From: a virus
Lineage: Duplodnaviria; Caudoviricetes
Length of the DNA stretch: 64,000 nt
Virus record (IMG/VR): IMGVR_UViG_3300042397_003635
Reading direction: 5' to 3' (one strand)
Below the pieces are notes generated by a model. The model had not been told where the DNA came from. It made no database searches and saw only the letters and a program-made list of their open reading frames with translations. Shown here one piece after another: positions 10,580 through 20,450 of this stretch; positions within the stretch are counted from its first letter, which is position 1, and every line of letters begins with the position of its first letter. The translations under genes were made by a program, and so were the position numbers.

Positions 10580-12067
10580 ATGATAGACTTTAAAGAAAAC
10601 ATCGAGTTGCTAGAAAAGGTTATTCTTAACTTTATTCTAATGGATGACAATAATGAGACCCTAATTAGGCCAAAGAACGTAGAGGCCCTTGATATTAGGG
10701 AAGTTATTCCAAAAATGAAAACTCAGTATTTCAATAACGATGATCTTGGAAATATCTTTAAAGTTGTAAAAAACTATTATAAAGAATATCATAAGATTCC
10801 ATCGAAAACTGAAATTCGAGAAATGCTTAACTTAACAAGTTATGAAATTTCAGATGACACTTTTAATACTCTACTTGGTGTAAATCTTGGAGAATACAAT
10901 TATGAGTTCTTAACCAAGTATACAAAATCATTTATCTTAATTAAGAACCTTAACTCATCAATTGTTGATATTTTATCTTTCTTAAAGACAAGTGAAATAA
11001 GTCCAGAAAATGTTAATATTATTACAGATCAGGTTAGAACTAAGCTTAATACAAACTTAAATGTTTCCTTTAGTAATGCTGAGTCTGGCTTAAATTTCTT
11101 TAATGCAGTCGATCACGTTCAGGTTTCTAAAACTGGAACTCCAACTGGGTTTCCATTTTTTGACAAGACATTAGGCGGAGGTTGGAACCCTAAAACTCTA
11201 GTTGTTTTCCAAGGTCGACCTAAGGTTGGTAAATCAATGGTTCTTTCAAATATTGCAGCTCGTGCATTTATGTCAGGCTGTCAAACTGGTGTTGCAACAC
11301 TGGAATTGGCTGATACTAAATATATGAAACGTTTAGGATCAAATATCTTAAATATTCCATATAATCAATATAATGAGATTACGTCAAAAGATCGTACTCA
11401 ATTAATTGAAGCTAAAATCGAACAATTTAAACAAAGCGGCTCTCAGCCTGGAGAATTATGGGTTAAAGAATTTGCAACAGGTAGTGCAACTGCAGTTGAT
11501 ATTGAAAATTACTTTTTAAAAGTTCAAGAAAGCACAGGAAAGCGTCTTCAAGTTGTAGTCGTAGATTATATTAACTTGATGAGACCTATGCGCGAGCAAG
11601 GAAATACTTATGAGAAAATCAAAGTAATTTCTGAGGAATTGCGTGCAGTAGCTCAACGTAATGAATGGACTATTATTACTGCGACTCAAATTAAACGTGA
11701 TGCAGTAGATGACCAAGATATTGGAATGTCAGATATTGCTGAATCCTTTGGTCTTGTGCACACAGTGGATTCTCTATATGGTCTAATGAGAGGGCCTATG
11801 GAAAAAAGAATTAAAATCAAGGTTATTGCTAACCGTGATGAAGGCTACACAGAAAGCTTTAAAATGTATCGAATGTTCTATGATTTCTCTAGACTTGTAG
11901 AAGAAACTGATCCAGCAAGCGAATACTACTCTGATGACGATGATATTTCTTCAATTGAAGACGATTTGCGTCAACAATATGCAAACGTCCAAGTTAAACC
12001 ACAATTGACAGTTGCTCCTAGTATCAAGCAGTTTGGTGAACATGAAGATATTTTAGGAGATTTATAA
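10580..12067 (+). CDS. gp41: Replicative DnaB-like helicase (gp41)
   Basis: TGFPFFDKTLGGG, Walker A GRPKVGKS, VVVDYINLM, TATQIKR, IAESFGL. Confidence 0.93.
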   Translation: MIDFKENIELLEKVILNFILMDDNNETLIRPKNVEALDIREVIPKMKTQYFNNDDLGNIFKVVKNYYKEYHKIPSKTEIREMLNLTSYEISDDTFNTLLGVNLGEYNYEFLTKYTKSFILIKNLNSSIVDILSFLKTSEISPENVNIITDQVRTKLNTNLNVSFSNAESGLNFFNAVDHVQVSKTGTPTGFPFFDKTLGGGWNPKTLVVFQGRPKVGKSMVLSNIAARAFMSGCQTGVATLELADTKYMKRLGSNILNIPYNQYNEITSKDRTQLIEAKIEQFKQSGSQPGELWVKEFATGSATAVDIENYFLKVQESTGKRLQVVVVDYINLMRPMREQGNTYEKIKVISEELRAVAQRNEWTIITATQIKRDAVDDQDIGMSDIAESFGLVHTVDSLYGLMRGPMEKRIKIKVIANRDEGYTESFKMYRMFYDFSRLVEETDPASEYYSDDDDISSIEDDLRQQYANVQVKPQLTVAPSIKQFGEHEDILGDL

Positions 12068-12082
12068 AAAAACTACAATATT

Positions 12083-12751
12083 ATGTGGAAGAAAAAAACT
12101 AAAGAAGAGGACCTATTCATTAATGAAGGTGACGATTGGTCAGCTTTAGATGGAGAAGATTTTGAAGGACTTGATCAGCTTGAAGGAGATGAAGACGATG
12201 AAATTGGACAAGTTGATCACGAATCAATTGATGATGAAGATGAAGCCAGATACCAACAACATCTAAAATTAAAAAGAGAAGATAAGATCTTTAATAATTC
12301 TTGGAATAGTGGTGAAGGAGTTAGTGACGAAATGTATCATAATACTGGAATTAGATTAGATCCAGGTCATACAGATAGTCATCTTTTAGATGGTGCATCA
12401 TATGACAAATACATGGATAAAGTTATCATTGAAAGAGATCTAAACAATATCGCGATTAATGATGAGATTTTAGTTAAATTGATGGACATTACCATGGTTG
12501 AAGGTAGAAAATTTACAAAACCTGAAATCAATCTTGCCTTTTCTAGACTTTGCGATTTAGTTAGAGAAAATAATAAAACTACATTCATTGGTCCAATCGA
12601 TGTTTTAGATTTTGTTTCAATGATTTCTCAAATGGATTTTAAAAGATTGTTTGAGTCTCTTGAATATGAATACAAAGAAGTTCTCTTATTAGAACTTAAT
12701 AATAAATTTGGAATACTAGACGGTAAAGTTAGATTTAAAAAACTATTTTAA
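12083..12751 (+). CDS. Hypothetical protein with acidic N-terminus; C-terminus possibly gp33-like
   Basis: 222-aa ORF overlapping the gp47 start; only a weak pattern match to gp33. Confidence 0.7.
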   Translation: MWKKKTKEEDLFINEGDDWSALDGEDFEGLDQLEGDEDDEIGQVDHESIDDEDEARYQQHLKLKREDKIFNNSWNSGEGVSDEMYHNTGIRLDPGHTDSHLLDGASYDKYMDKVIIERDLNNIAINDEILVKLMDITMVEGRKFTKPEINLAFSRLCDLVRENNKTTFIGPIDVLDFVSMISQMDFKRLFESLEYEYKEVLLLELNNKFGILDGKVRFKKLF

Positions 12752-13872
12752 TGAAGTTAAACAATATAAACAAAATATTCTTAGTAGGAGACTTACACCT
12801 AGGGATTAGAAATAATTCAGTGGAGTGGGCAGATATTCAAAAAGATTTTCTTTTAGAAGTTTTGCCAAAGACTGCTCAAGAAAATGGTTTTAATCCAGAT
12901 ACAGATATTCTTATTTTAGAAGGCGATATCTTTCATTCTAGAGAATCAATTAATGTTAGAATTCAAAATGATTCAATGGAAATTTTTGAAAAACTTTCTA
13001 AAGTATTTAAGCGAGGAGTCTTTATTATTTTAGGAAACCATGATGTTTATTATAAAGACTCTAATCAAGTTAATTCAGTTAGACACCTTAAACACTTAGC
13101 CGAAAATATTCATGTATTTGAAAGTCCAGAAATCTTAACGATTAATGATACTGAAAATTGGTTAATGTTACCTTGGGTTGAAGATACTAAGACTTTAGGT
13201 AATTATGTTGCAGATTATGCAAATATGTGTAAGCGAATTGTATGTCATGCCGATATCAAAGGACTAAAGTTTAATCGATGGACTAAAGTTGAACATGGAT
13301 TAGAAATTACAGCGCTATCCCAGTATGACAGGGTTTACTCTGGTCACATCCATCACAGACAAGAACAAGATAATATATTGTATACTGGAACTCCTTACCA
13401 GATGGACAGGGGTGATCGTGGGAACACTAAGGGCTACTATATAATAGATGCTAAAGATAATTATAAAGAAACCTTTATTGAAAACCAGGCATCACCAAAT
13501 TATGTCAAATATGATATTTGCGAATTATTAGATATGAACTTAGATCAACTAAAGAGTCTATTAACTAATAATTTTGTTGACGTTATGATTGAAATTAACT
13601 TATCAAATAAAATTCCAATTAGTCAATTCTTAATGGTCTTAGAACAGGTCAAATATAGAAAAATTGAATTTTTTACATATACGAGTGATTCAACTGAATC
13701 TCCAACTGCAGATATTTCATTAGATCTTTCTAGTTCAGATAAATTTGATGCGTTTGAGATTTTTAAAACATATTTAAATTCAAAACAATATTCTCAAAGT
13801 ATGAAAAAGGATTTGGTTACCAAGTTTTTTGAAATACAAGAGAGAGCAAAACAAGAAAAAGATTATGCTTAA
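12751..13872 (+). CDS. gp47: Recombination nuclease subunit (gp47 / Mre11 / SbcD-like)
   Basis: Metallophosphoesterase motifs GDLHLG, GDIFH, GNHD, SGHIH. Confidence 0.93.
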   Translation: MKLNNINKIFLVGDLHLGIRNNSVEWADIQKDFLLEVLPKTAQENGFNPDTDILILEGDIFHSRESINVRIQNDSMEIFEKLSKVFKRGVFIILGNHDVYYKDSNQVNSVRHLKHLAENIHVFESPEILTINDTENWLMLPWVEDTKTLGNYVADYANMCKRIVCHADIKGLKFNRWTKVEHGLEITALSQYDRVYSGHIHHRQEQDNILYTGTPYQMDRGDRGNTKGYYIIDAKDNYKETFIENQASPNYVKYDICELLDMNLDQLKSLLTNNFVDVMIEINLSNKIPISQFLMVLEQVKYRKIEFFTYTSDSTESPTADISLDLSSSDKFDAFEIFKTYLNSKQYSQSMKKDLVTKFFEIQERAKQEKDYA

Positions 13873-14365
13873 ATTAGGATTATCTGACAAGGCTCAAGTA
13901 CTATTTGATCATAAAGATGGGATTCCATCTGTAATTTCTACTGAGCGTATTATCATTGGCGAAATTATTGAAATACTATGTGCCCAGCACATTTCAATTA
14001 GCGACGGTTTTGAAATATACGAAAGACTTCCGTCATTTGCAAATTGTGTTCAGCCTAATGAAATTAAATTGCGAGAGTTAAATCAAAAAACTGAAGAGTT
14101 ACATCAGCAGTTACTTGCAGAGCTTATGACAAATGGAGAACCGTCTGCTGAAGAAATTGAAAAATTAAAGGAACACCCAGAACTGCTTTCATTTTTTAAT
14201 TCATATAAGTGGCTAGACATGTTAATTGGAAATATTCCATATTATCATATGGCAGAGCAGCCAAATGCTAGAATTGTTTGGAATACTGAAACCAATGTTT
14301 GGAACGTTGTTGCATTTACTGAAATTTTACCTGGGAAAACTATAACTTTACCTATTAAGAAATAA
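13865..14365 (+). CDS. Hypothetical protein
   Basis: ATG at 13865 overlapping the gp47 end; ORF fills the gap to gp46. Confidence 0.7.
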   Translation: MLKLGLSDKAQVLFDHKDGIPSVISTERIIIGEIIEILCAQHISISDGFEIYERLPSFANCVQPNEIKLRELNQKTEELHQQLLAELMTNGEPSAEEIEKLKEHPELLSFFNSYKWLDMLIGNIPYYHMAEQPNARIVWNTETNVWNVVAFTEILPGKTITLPIKK

Positions 14366-14367
14366 TT

Positions 14368-16032
14368 ATGAAGATAAAAGAATTTGCTTTTAAAAATATA
14401 TGTTCATATGGAAATAAGGTTCAAACCTTTAAGTTTTCAGATGATCCAAATTTAATCCTTGTTCAAGGAACAAATGGCTCAGGCAAATCTAGTATATCTG
14501 ATGCATTAACTGTATCGATTTATGGAAAATCTGGTATCAGAAAGATTAAGGAAATTCCAAATCGTATTAATAAAAACGCCTATACTTCAGTTAAATTTGT
14601 TGCAAATAATGGAGATGAAGTTGAAATAGAAAGAGGACTAGAACCAAATTTTTCAAAGATCTTAATAAATGGAAATGACTATAACTTACCAGATAAAAGA
14701 CGAGTTGATGAATTTATTGAAGAAGAATTAGTTAAAATTCCATTTAACGTTTTCTCAAATACAATCTCTCTTTCTGTAAATGACTTTAAAAGTTTTGTTA
14801 AATTAAGCCCAGCCGATAAACGCAAGATTATCGATAAGATCTTTGGATTGGACTTAGTTAATGATATGAATCAATTGGTTAAAGAAGATGCAAAGACAGT
14901 AAAAGGAAAACAGTCTTCCAGTCAAACTGCTCTTTTAAAAAACCAGCACTTATTAGAGCAATCAGTTCAACAATTATCTGCTCTACAAGAAGATTTAACT
15001 CAAGAAAAGGAAAATCGAATTGCTCAACTAACTGATATTTTAACTAGAGCTAAAACAAAACAAGATGAAGTTAAATCTTCCTATGCTGAACTTAAAACAC
15101 AATTAGACTCTGCCAAAAATGATTTAAAGGCGGCTAGAGAATCTAAATCAGCATGTACGTTTAATATTGCAGAAATTGATAAAAAATTGGCAATTTACGC
15201 CAAAAATAAATGTCCTCATTGCTTAAGTGACTTAACTGATACTGTACATATTGGAATTAAACAACAGCTTGAAGATAACAAAAGTAAATTCTTAGAAGAG
15301 CTTACACCAATTGCGGCTAAAATATCTAATATAGAGGGTAGTTCTAGAGAATTAGAAAGTTCACAGGAAAAATTTAGAAATGATCATGCTAAATTGTCAT
15401 CTGCTTTAGATTCTGCAAAAAGAGAATTAGATTCTTTAACCCAGTCTCAAGATTCAGAAAAACAAACACAATACCTTCAAAAGATTATCGATCAATTAAA
15501 TGAAGATATTGAATCTACTAAATTAGAAATAGGCGAATTAGAAAAAGAACTTTCTGTTAACCAGGAGCTTGAAGTAATTCTTTCAGATAATGGAATGAAG
15601 AGAATCTTAATGAACCAAATTATTCCACTTCTAAATAAGAATATTCTAAGAACTTCTAAACTACTTGAATTTAAATTTGCATTTGAGTTTGATTTAGAAT
15701 TTAATCCAATTATTACCCACCTTGGAATGCAGATTTCGCCAGAGTCTCTATCCGCTGGCGAACAAAAGAAAATGAATCTAATTGTTCTTTTATGCATATT
15801 AGAATTAATTAAGATGAAGAACAATAAAATTAATCTACTTTTCTTAGATGAGATCTTTTCTTCTCTAGATTCTGTAAGCATTTACAAAGTAGTTGATTTA
15901 TTAAAAACATTTGCTAAAAAGCATAATATGACAGTATTTGTGATCTCCCATGATCCACTGCCAGAAGAGTTTTTCGATATTAAGTTATTTGTCGAAAACA
16001 AAGACCATTTTTCTGATATAAGAGTAAATTAA
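14368..16032 (+). CDS. gp46: Recombination ATPase subunit (gp46 / Rad50 / SbcC-like)
   Basis: Walker A GTNGSGKS, coiled coils with CPHC zinc hook, signature LSAGEQK, Walker B LFLDE, ISH. Confidence 0.95.
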   Translation: MKIKEFAFKNICSYGNKVQTFKFSDDPNLILVQGTNGSGKSSISDALTVSIYGKSGIRKIKEIPNRINKNAYTSVKFVANNGDEVEIERGLEPNFSKILINGNDYNLPDKRRVDEFIEEELVKIPFNVFSNTISLSVNDFKSFVKLSPADKRKIIDKIFGLDLVNDMNQLVKEDAKTVKGKQSSSQTALLKNQHLLEQSVQQLSALQEDLTQEKENRIAQLTDILTRAKTKQDEVKSSYAELKTQLDSAKNDLKAARESKSACTFNIAEIDKKLAIYAKNKCPHCLSDLTDTVHIGIKQQLEDNKSKFLEELTPIAAKISNIEGSSRELESSQEKFRNDHAKLSSALDSAKRELDSLTQSQDSEKQTQYLQKIIDQLNEDIESTKLEIGELEKELSVNQELEVILSDNGMKRILMNQIIPLLNKNILRTSKLLEFKFAFEFDLEFNPIITHLGMQISPESLSAGEQKKMNLIVLLCILELIKMKNNKINLLFLDEIFSSLDSVSIYKVVDLLKTFAKKHNMTVFVISHDPLPEEFFDIKLFVENKDHFSDIRVN

Positions 16033-16041
16033 TATAGAACT

Positions 16042-16926
16042 ATGCATACTTACAAAGGAACATCATTTGCGGAAGCTTACCAAAAGTCATTAATCGATTT
16101 AATGGACAATGGTGACTTATGCGAAACGCGAGGAACTACAAGCAGAGAATTATTAAATGTTTCTCTAGAAATCACTGATCCAAGTCAGTGTATGTATACC
16201 AATATGACTAGGTCTACCCAGACTAAATATATTGCAGCTGAATTTTTATGGTATTATGCTGGTCGTAATGATGTAGCATTTATTTCAAAATATGCAAAAT
16301 TTTGGGAGCAGATTCAAAATCCAAATGGTACCGCTAACTCTGCTTATGGTAACCTAATATTTAAACCAAAATCTCTTGGTGGAATTACTCAATACGAATG
16401 GGCAATTGCATCATTAGCAAAGGATAAAGATAGTAGACAAGCAATTCTTCACTTTAATACGCCAGAACATCAATATAATGGTAATAAAGATTTTGTTTGC
16501 ACAATGTATGGAATTTTTCATATTAGACACAATAAACTAAACTTTAGTGTCTATATGAGATCTAATGATGCTATTTGGGGTACACCAACTGATGTTGCAT
16601 TTTTCTGTTCTCTACAAATGCAGGCTCTTGCTCATCTTAAGGAATTTTATCCAGAATTAGAGTTAGGAACCTATACTCACCATGCAAACTCATATCATAT
16701 TTATGATAGACACTATGATCTAGTTAGTCGTATGTTAGTTGGAGAGTTCGTTCCATCTAGACTGCCTTCAATTAAAACTAATCTTGTTTCAATGTCAGGT
16801 CACCCTACACAAGAGTTTAATGACATTTTTGAATTTATTGAACATGATCAAGATGATATTTTAATACTACAAGAAAAAGAAGATCTATTAACTTGGATCG
16901 TAAATCAATTTGGCGATGATAACTAG
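16042..16926 (+). CDS. Thymidylate-synthase-fold enzyme, dCMP hydroxymethylase/methylase-like (T4 gp42-like)
   Basis: NSAYG, DSRQAI, DFVCT (catalytic Cys), RSNDAIWGTPTD with Asp at the TS Asn177-equivalent position, ANSYHIY. Confidence 0.78.
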   Translation: MHTYKGTSFAEAYQKSLIDLMDNGDLCETRGTTSRELLNVSLEITDPSQCMYTNMTRSTQTKYIAAEFLWYYAGRNDVAFISKYAKFWEQIQNPNGTANSAYGNLIFKPKSLGGITQYEWAIASLAKDKDSRQAILHFNTPEHQYNGNKDFVCTMYGIFHIRHNKLNFSVYMRSNDAIWGTPTDVAFFCSLQMQALAHLKEFYPELELGTYTHHANSYHIYDRHYDLVSRMLVGEFVPSRLPSIKTNLVSMSGHPTQEFNDIFEFIEHDQDDILILQEKEDLLTWIVNQFGDDN

Positions 16927-17362
16927 ATACGATATTGTATACATGAAAATGGCCTCAGAATGGGGACAATTATCGAATGCTCGTCGTAAAAAAGTTGGAG
17001 CGCTCCTAGTTAAGAATAACACTATTATAGCTGATGGTTATAATGGAACTCCATCTGGTTTTGAAAATGAATGCGAAAATCCTTTATTTGATGCAGATGG
17101 TAATTTTTTAGACTATGAAACAAAATGGTATGTTTTGCACGCCGAATCTAATGCTTTAGCTAAAGTTGCAAAATCTACTCAATCTTCTGAGGGTTCTACT
17201 CTTTATGTTACAATGTCTCCGTGTAGAGAGTGTAGCAAATTAATTCTTCAAGCAGGAATTAAAAGAGTAGTCTATTCGGAATCATACAGAGATTCTGCCG
17301 GTCTCGACCTCTTAAAAAAGGCAGGGGTTGATGTAGTTCAGATTCTACCCGAATCAGAATAA
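16916..17362 (+). CDS. dCMP deaminase
   Basis: KVGALLV, GYNGTPSG, HAESNAL, SPCRECSK zinc motifs. Confidence 0.93.
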   Translation: MITRYDIVYMKMASEWGQLSNARRKKVGALLVKNNTIIADGYNGTPSGFENECENPLFDADGNFLDYETKWYVLHAESNALAKVAKSTQSSEGSTLYVTMSPCRECSKLILQAGIKRVVYSESYRDSAGLDLLKKAGVDVVQILPESE

Positions 17363-17379
17363 AAAATTCCATTCGTATT

Positions 17380-17781
17380 TTGACAGAAGATATTGCAACC
17401 AGAGAATTAACAATTGTTTTCGTAAGAGATTATAAAACATTCGTTGAACACTTTTCTAAAAAATGTAAAAGTGATTACGTTCTTAACATTAATAAGATCG
17501 TAAAAGAGAAATTTCAAACTGAAATCTTTATTCCAAATAAAGTTCAGGCTTTTTTATTAAATTATGAAATTTCCAAACTTATTGATAAGGTAATTAAAAT
17601 AAAGAATCAAAAGTATTCCAGACTAATCTACTTGAATACAGAGCTTTCTCCCACTGGAATTTTAAATTCAATTAACTTTTTAAAGACCACATATACATGG
17701 GTCGAATTTGATTTTACTGTTATTGATCCAGATAAGGAATTCCATGCCGTACTAAAGGACATAAAAAAAGGAGAGCTATAA
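17380..17781 (+). CDS. Hypothetical protein (133 aa)
   Basis: TTG-start ORF ending in a terminator. Confidence 0.65.
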   Translation: MTEDIATRELTIVFVRDYKTFVEHFSKKCKSDYVLNINKIVKEKFQTEIFIPNKVQAFLLNYEISKLIDKVIKIKNQKYSRLIYLNTELSPTGILNSINFLKTTYTWVEFDFTVIDPDKEFHAVLKDIKKGEL

Positions 17782-17794
17782 AGTTCTCCTTTTT
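17765..17794. terminator. Bidirectional intrinsic terminator
   Basis: AAAAAGGAGAGC-TATAAA-GTTCTCCTTTTT hairpin between convergent genes. Confidence 0.75.
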
Positions 17795-17813
17795 AATTTA
17801 AATTAATTTCTAA

Positions 17814-18620
17814 TTATTCTTCACTAGCTTTCTTTAATCTTAGAATACCAGCTTGGGCTTCTTTGTAATCACTTACAAATTTTACAGCTCTTTTATCAGA
17901 ATCTTTATCTTTCCAATCACTTAAACTTTCCTTTGTATCTTTTCCATTATGGTGTGGATACGCAAATACAGTCATGTGTCCATCTTTTCTAAAATCGTAA
18001 GTTGCATAAGTTTCTTCACCTTCTGCTGATTCAGTAATAGTATCAAAGTCTTCATCTAATTCTTCATCAGATTCGTCCTCTTCTGGCATTTCTGAAACTT
18101 TTTGAATTGCAGCTTTAAATATTTCAACGCATTCTTCTTTTTCAATTTCCATCTTTTCGCAAGCGATTTCTAAAATTTCTTTTAGTTCATCACTAAACTC
18201 TTCCATAAACATTTCAAGAGCTTCTTCGTCGATTTCTGGAGTTTCTTCTAGATCTGTGTCTTTAATTTCATCAGCTTCTTCTTCGAACATATAGTTTTCA
18301 AATTGAGGAACATGACTTTCTTTTACAATCTTAACTCCCATTGTAGGAATTGCAGTTAAAGGTTCTTCTGTTTTAATTTTAGCAGTACGACTAGGTACAT
18401 CGCTATTAAATGCTTTCCAATAACCATCATAATTGTGGTTTTTTCCGCCATTTTCAAAGTTAGCATCTCTTTGTGCAACATTTGTCCAATCTTTTAAAGA
18501 CTTTCGTTTAGATTTATCAAATGACTCAGTTTCACTAGGTCCACCAAATGATGGAGCTTTCATGTCCATGAATCTCTTAAAGTCTTTAACATCGTTACTT
18601 TTTAGGTTAAAAATATCCAT
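17814..18620 (-). CDS. Acidic hypothetical protein, putative head-internal protein
   Basis: Downstream of tail tube gene; contains VKDFKRF, VKESHVPQFENY and ITES motifs; very E/D-rich centre. Confidence 0.75.
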   Translation of the reverse strand: MDIFNLKSNDVKDFKRFMDMKAPSFGGPSETESFDKSKRKSLKDWTNVAQRDANFENGGKNHNYDGYWKAFNSDVPSRTAKIKTEEPLTAIPTMGVKIVKESHVPQFENYMFEEEADEIKDTDLEETPEIDEEALEMFMEEFSDELKEILEIACEKMEIEKEECVEIFKAAIQKVSEMPEEDESDEELDEDFDTITESAEGEETYATYDFRKDGHMTVFAYPHHNGKDTKESLSDWKDKDSDKRAVKFVSDYKEAQAGILRLKKASEE

Positions 18621-18641
18621 TTTAAAGTGGTTTTTAAATTT

Positions 18642-19232
18642 TTAGAATTGTCCATTTCTTACTTCAGTATAACTATCAGCAATAAAGCTAAAAGTCGCAT
18701 TATAAATTGAATCTGAAGTATAATCCAATTTCATATCTTCAACCAAATTAGTATCTCCATAAACAAATACTGGAGAGAAATTAAATTCTCTATAAACGTC
18801 ACCTGCACGGTTGTGTACTCCAACATAAACTCCGGCTCCGTTTGGCGCATAGTCTTTCTTAAGACCTTGTCTACCAGTCAATGGATCGTATACTAGGTTT
18901 GCCCAAGCTCTAAATAAGTTGTAAACATACATCTCATTAGCATTGTTTAAGTTGACTTCAAAATCAATTGTAAACTTAGCGCCAGTTTCTTTAGGTTTTG
19001 CACCTGCAAAATATCTCTTAGAGAATCTGTAGCTTTGGTCAACTGTTCCACCAGTACCAGCTTGTTCTGGAAGTCCAGTAATCTTTTTTACGTGTTCAAC
19101 TAATAAATCATTAATAGCTGTATTATTGATACTAGAAGGCGGCGTAATAATTACCGTAAACTGGTTAAGGTATAACGGTTCAAATAATTGCTGGCCTACT
19201 TTTGAATTTTTAAAATGTGGTAACCCTGCCAT
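18642..19232 (-). CDS. gp19: Tail tube protein (gp19-like)
   Basis: 196 aa; FEPLYLNQF, WANLVYDPLTGRQGLKKDY, LDYTSDSI, FIADSY pattern typical of T4-like tubes; late promoter upstream. Confidence 0.85.
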   Translation of the reverse strand: MAGLPHFKNSKVGQQLFEPLYLNQFTVIITPPSSINNTAINDLLVEHVKKITGLPEQAGTGGTVDQSYRFSKRYFAGAKPKETGAKFTIDFEVNLNNANEMYVYNLFRAWANLVYDPLTGRQGLKKDYAPNGAGVYVGVHNRAGDVYREFNFSPVFVYGDTNLVEDMKLDYTSDSIYNATFSFIADSYTEVRNGQF

Positions 19233-19252
19233 TTATGTTGGACTTTTTTGTT

Positions 19253-19259
19253 TATTTAT
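19253..19259 (-). promoter_or_regulatory. Putative late promoter ATAAATA
   Basis: GAATAAATAAAC about 21 nt upstream of the tube start. Confidence 0.65.
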
Positions 19260-19267
19260 TCGCTAGA

Positions 19268-20446
19268 TTATGATATATCTCTACGCTCTGTTTCCTCCCA
19301 TTTAGAAATGAGTTCCTTAAAGCGTTTTTCCTTTTCTTCTGGAGTTAGAGCTGCATTTCTTTCATCAAATTCAAATGCATTAATTTGAGCCTTAAGTTGT
19401 TTTGCACTAATTTCACTATATGCCTTAGGCTCCTCCTTTTCAGGCATAGTTTCATTTCCAATAAGCGTCAATTCCAAGGTAGGAACGACCGCAACAATTA
19501 GGTTTCCAGGATAAGATGGATTATCACTATTAAAATCTTCAAGCTTCATATCGTAACTTGCACCAAAAATCTTAGTTAATCCATTTGATGCAGGCGTAAT
19601 TGTAATAGTAAACTTATCAGAATTTGATATTTTATCATCTCCTAAATCTTTAAGCATGTTATTTGACATTAAGTATCTAAAGCTAAATGTCTTAGTTCCT
19701 TTACCCTCTTCAATCATTCGAAGTTTAGACGTTTTAATTGTAACGTAATAATTACAGCAGTCTTCTTCAGATGATTCTTCGATAGTGCACTCTTTTTCAA
19801 CTTCTTCCAGTGTTTTAAACGGTCCAGCTACAAGTTTAACCTTTCCCTTATCTTCAAGGTCAGTTCCAACTAGCGACTGTACAGGTTCAGCTTCTTTTCC
19901 TATTTCAACTTCAATTGAGTGTACAACCTTTTTTTCATCTTCCATTGTTAAACAATAAAAAAACGTTGCCATTCCTGGAGGTAGAAGTTTCTTTTCTTCT
20001 GGTTCGCCTAATAGTTTTTGGGGTTCAGGTCCAGTCAATAACTTTTGACCAGGCTCCTCTTGTTTTGCGTACTGTGCAGCATTATATGGAACCGGCAAAC
20101 CTGGTTTTTGTGTAGTTGCAAGTTCACGACTTCCTTGAACAGCCGGTAAGTTTGATCCACCTGCCGGAAGCTCCAATGCTTCATTTTTGGTAGAAGTTTC
20201 TGCCTTTTTAGCATTAACTTTTTCGCAAACATGTTTATGAATTTCTAATAGTAATTCACGAATCTTTTCTGCACTTGTATACTTAACATAGGTTGAAGTA
20301 CCTTCAGCTTTAACATAATCCAAATCTGGATATAAAGTCATGCTATGCAGAACGGTCTTTTGATCATTCTGATTCCATTTTGGCTCACAGTCTTTGATTT
20401 GCCACTTAAGTTCATGACTTTGGAAAATTTCGCAAATTACGCTCAT
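19268..20446 (-). CDS. Hypothetical protein (392 aa) with short KLL-x-x-PE repeats
   Basis: Long ORF in the late operon; QKLLTGPEP/QKLLGEPEE/KKLLPPG. Confidence 0.75.
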   Translation of the reverse strand: MSVICEIFQSHELKWQIKDCEPKWNQNDQKTVLHSMTLYPDLDYVKAEGTSTYVKYTSAEKIRELLLEIHKHVCEKVNAKKAETSTKNEALELPAGGSNLPAVQGSRELATTQKPGLPVPYNAAQYAKQEEPGQKLLTGPEPQKLLGEPEEKKLLPPGMATFFYCLTMEDEKKVVHSIEVEIGKEAEPVQSLVGTDLEDKGKVKLVAGPFKTLEEVEKECTIEESSEEDCCNYYVTIKTSKLRMIEEGKGTKTFSFRYLMSNNMLKDLGDDKISNSDKFTITITPASNGLTKIFGASYDMKLEDFNSDNPSYPGNLIVAVVPTLELTLIGNETMPEKEEPKAYSEISAKQLKAQINAFEFDERNAALTPEEKEKRFKELISKWEETERRDIS

Positions 20447-20450
20447 TTAA

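Noticed and set aside
16042-16926. dUMP hydroxymethylase (hmU genome) or a redundant ThyA
   Set aside because: It has Asp rather than Asn at the specificity position, and a canonical ThyA is present; cytosine specificity is favoured though not proven.
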